DNA of 64,000 bases from NCBI GenBank assembly GCA_027315455.1, contig DAHUXZ010000005.1:15409-79408 (forward strand), in the 5' to 3' direction. Of this stretch, positions 63,723 through 64,000 are shown one piece after another. Both the position numbers and the translations under genes were made by a program. The stretch comes from Thermoplasmata archaeon (GTDB lineage: Archaea > Thermoplasmatota > Thermoplasmata > Lutacidiplasmatales > UBA184). The notes under the pieces were generated by a model, which did no database searches, was not told the DNA's origin, and worked only from the letters and a program-made list of their open reading frames with translations. How positions within the stretch are numbered: the stretch's first letter is position 1; each line of letters begins with the position of its first letter.

Positions 63723-64000
63723 TCAGGCGCGCGTCCCGTAGGAGCGGATGAACTCCTGGGCCCAGTTGAGGGTCTCCGCGGTGATGGACGACTTCGTCTT
63801 CTGCACGGCCTCGAGCAGGTTCGCCATCCGCACGCCGACGACCTTCGCCGTGGGCTCGACCTTCGCGGCCGGCACCGGGGTGTTGCCCGTGCCGAACAGC
63901 CCCATCGCGTCGGCCGTACCCGTCGCCCGGGTCTCGATCACGAGCTGCTCGCGCAGGGCGATGAGCTTCGCCTCGTCCACGACGCTCGCGATGTCCGCAC
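63723..64000 (-). CDS. C-terminal fragment of an unidentified protein (5' end outside window)
   Basis: The frame is open from the window edge to TGA at 63723 (...IASVVDEAKLIALREQLVIETRATGTADAMGLFGTGNTPVPAAKVEPTAKVVGVRMANLLEAVQKTKSSITAETLNWAQEFIRSYGTRA). The composition is good, but I recognise no family. Confidence 0.5.
   Translation of the reverse strand, partial: ADIASVVDEAKLIALREQLVIETRATGTADAMGLFGTGNTPVPAAKVEPTAKVVGVRMANLLEAVQKTKSSITAETLNWAQEFIRSYGTRA

Overview
High-G+C (about 70-75% by spot counts) archaeal chromosomal segment. Archaeal markers include the uS13-uS4-uS11-Rpo3 operon, proteasome beta subunit, Orc1/Cdc6, Pelota, diphthine synthase, TrmY and a Tes-like radical-SAM enzyme. 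The Arg/Ala-rich, non-acidic proteome suggests an uncultivated Thermoplasmatota-like euryarchaeote, but that is inference only. I support about 59 protein genes, mostly housekeeping (lipid head-group synthesis, citrate synthase, DnaJ, kdpFABC, mevalonate-pathway thiolase, UbiX, GMP synthase subunit A, aldehyde dehydrogenase, type-2 SerRS). I recognised no rRNA, tRNA, CRISPR array, transposase or integrase. Points worth a second look: (1) a 3.6-kb low-G+C island (about 5480-9190) with two secreted proteins of unknown function, bracketed by an 11-nt direct repeat and abutting a DUF62 gene that has lost its normal stop. (2) A 13.6-kb cluster (50015-63632) of four giant, sequon-rich, type-I-anchored surface proteins. 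Two are BNR-propeller paralogs; two share an uncharacterised Cys-rich N-terminal domain of about 290 aa, and one of those carries seven tandem Cys-pair modules. (3) A thiolase translationally coupled to an HMG-CoA-synthase-like domain that appears to lack its catalytic Cys/Glu and is fused to a DUF35 zinc-ribbon/OB module. (4) A double-RHH protein coupled to a divergent short FtsZ paralog, with a perfect inverted repeat over its ribosome-binding site. (5) A methanogen-type (type-2) seryl-tRNA synthetase. (6) A uS13 gene with Lys/Ala/Pro-rich extensions and no canonical in-frame start codon. Many long ORFs in the supplied track are antisense or out-of-frame artefacts of the high G+C content and were discarded. 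Start codons are uncertain throughout for the same reason.
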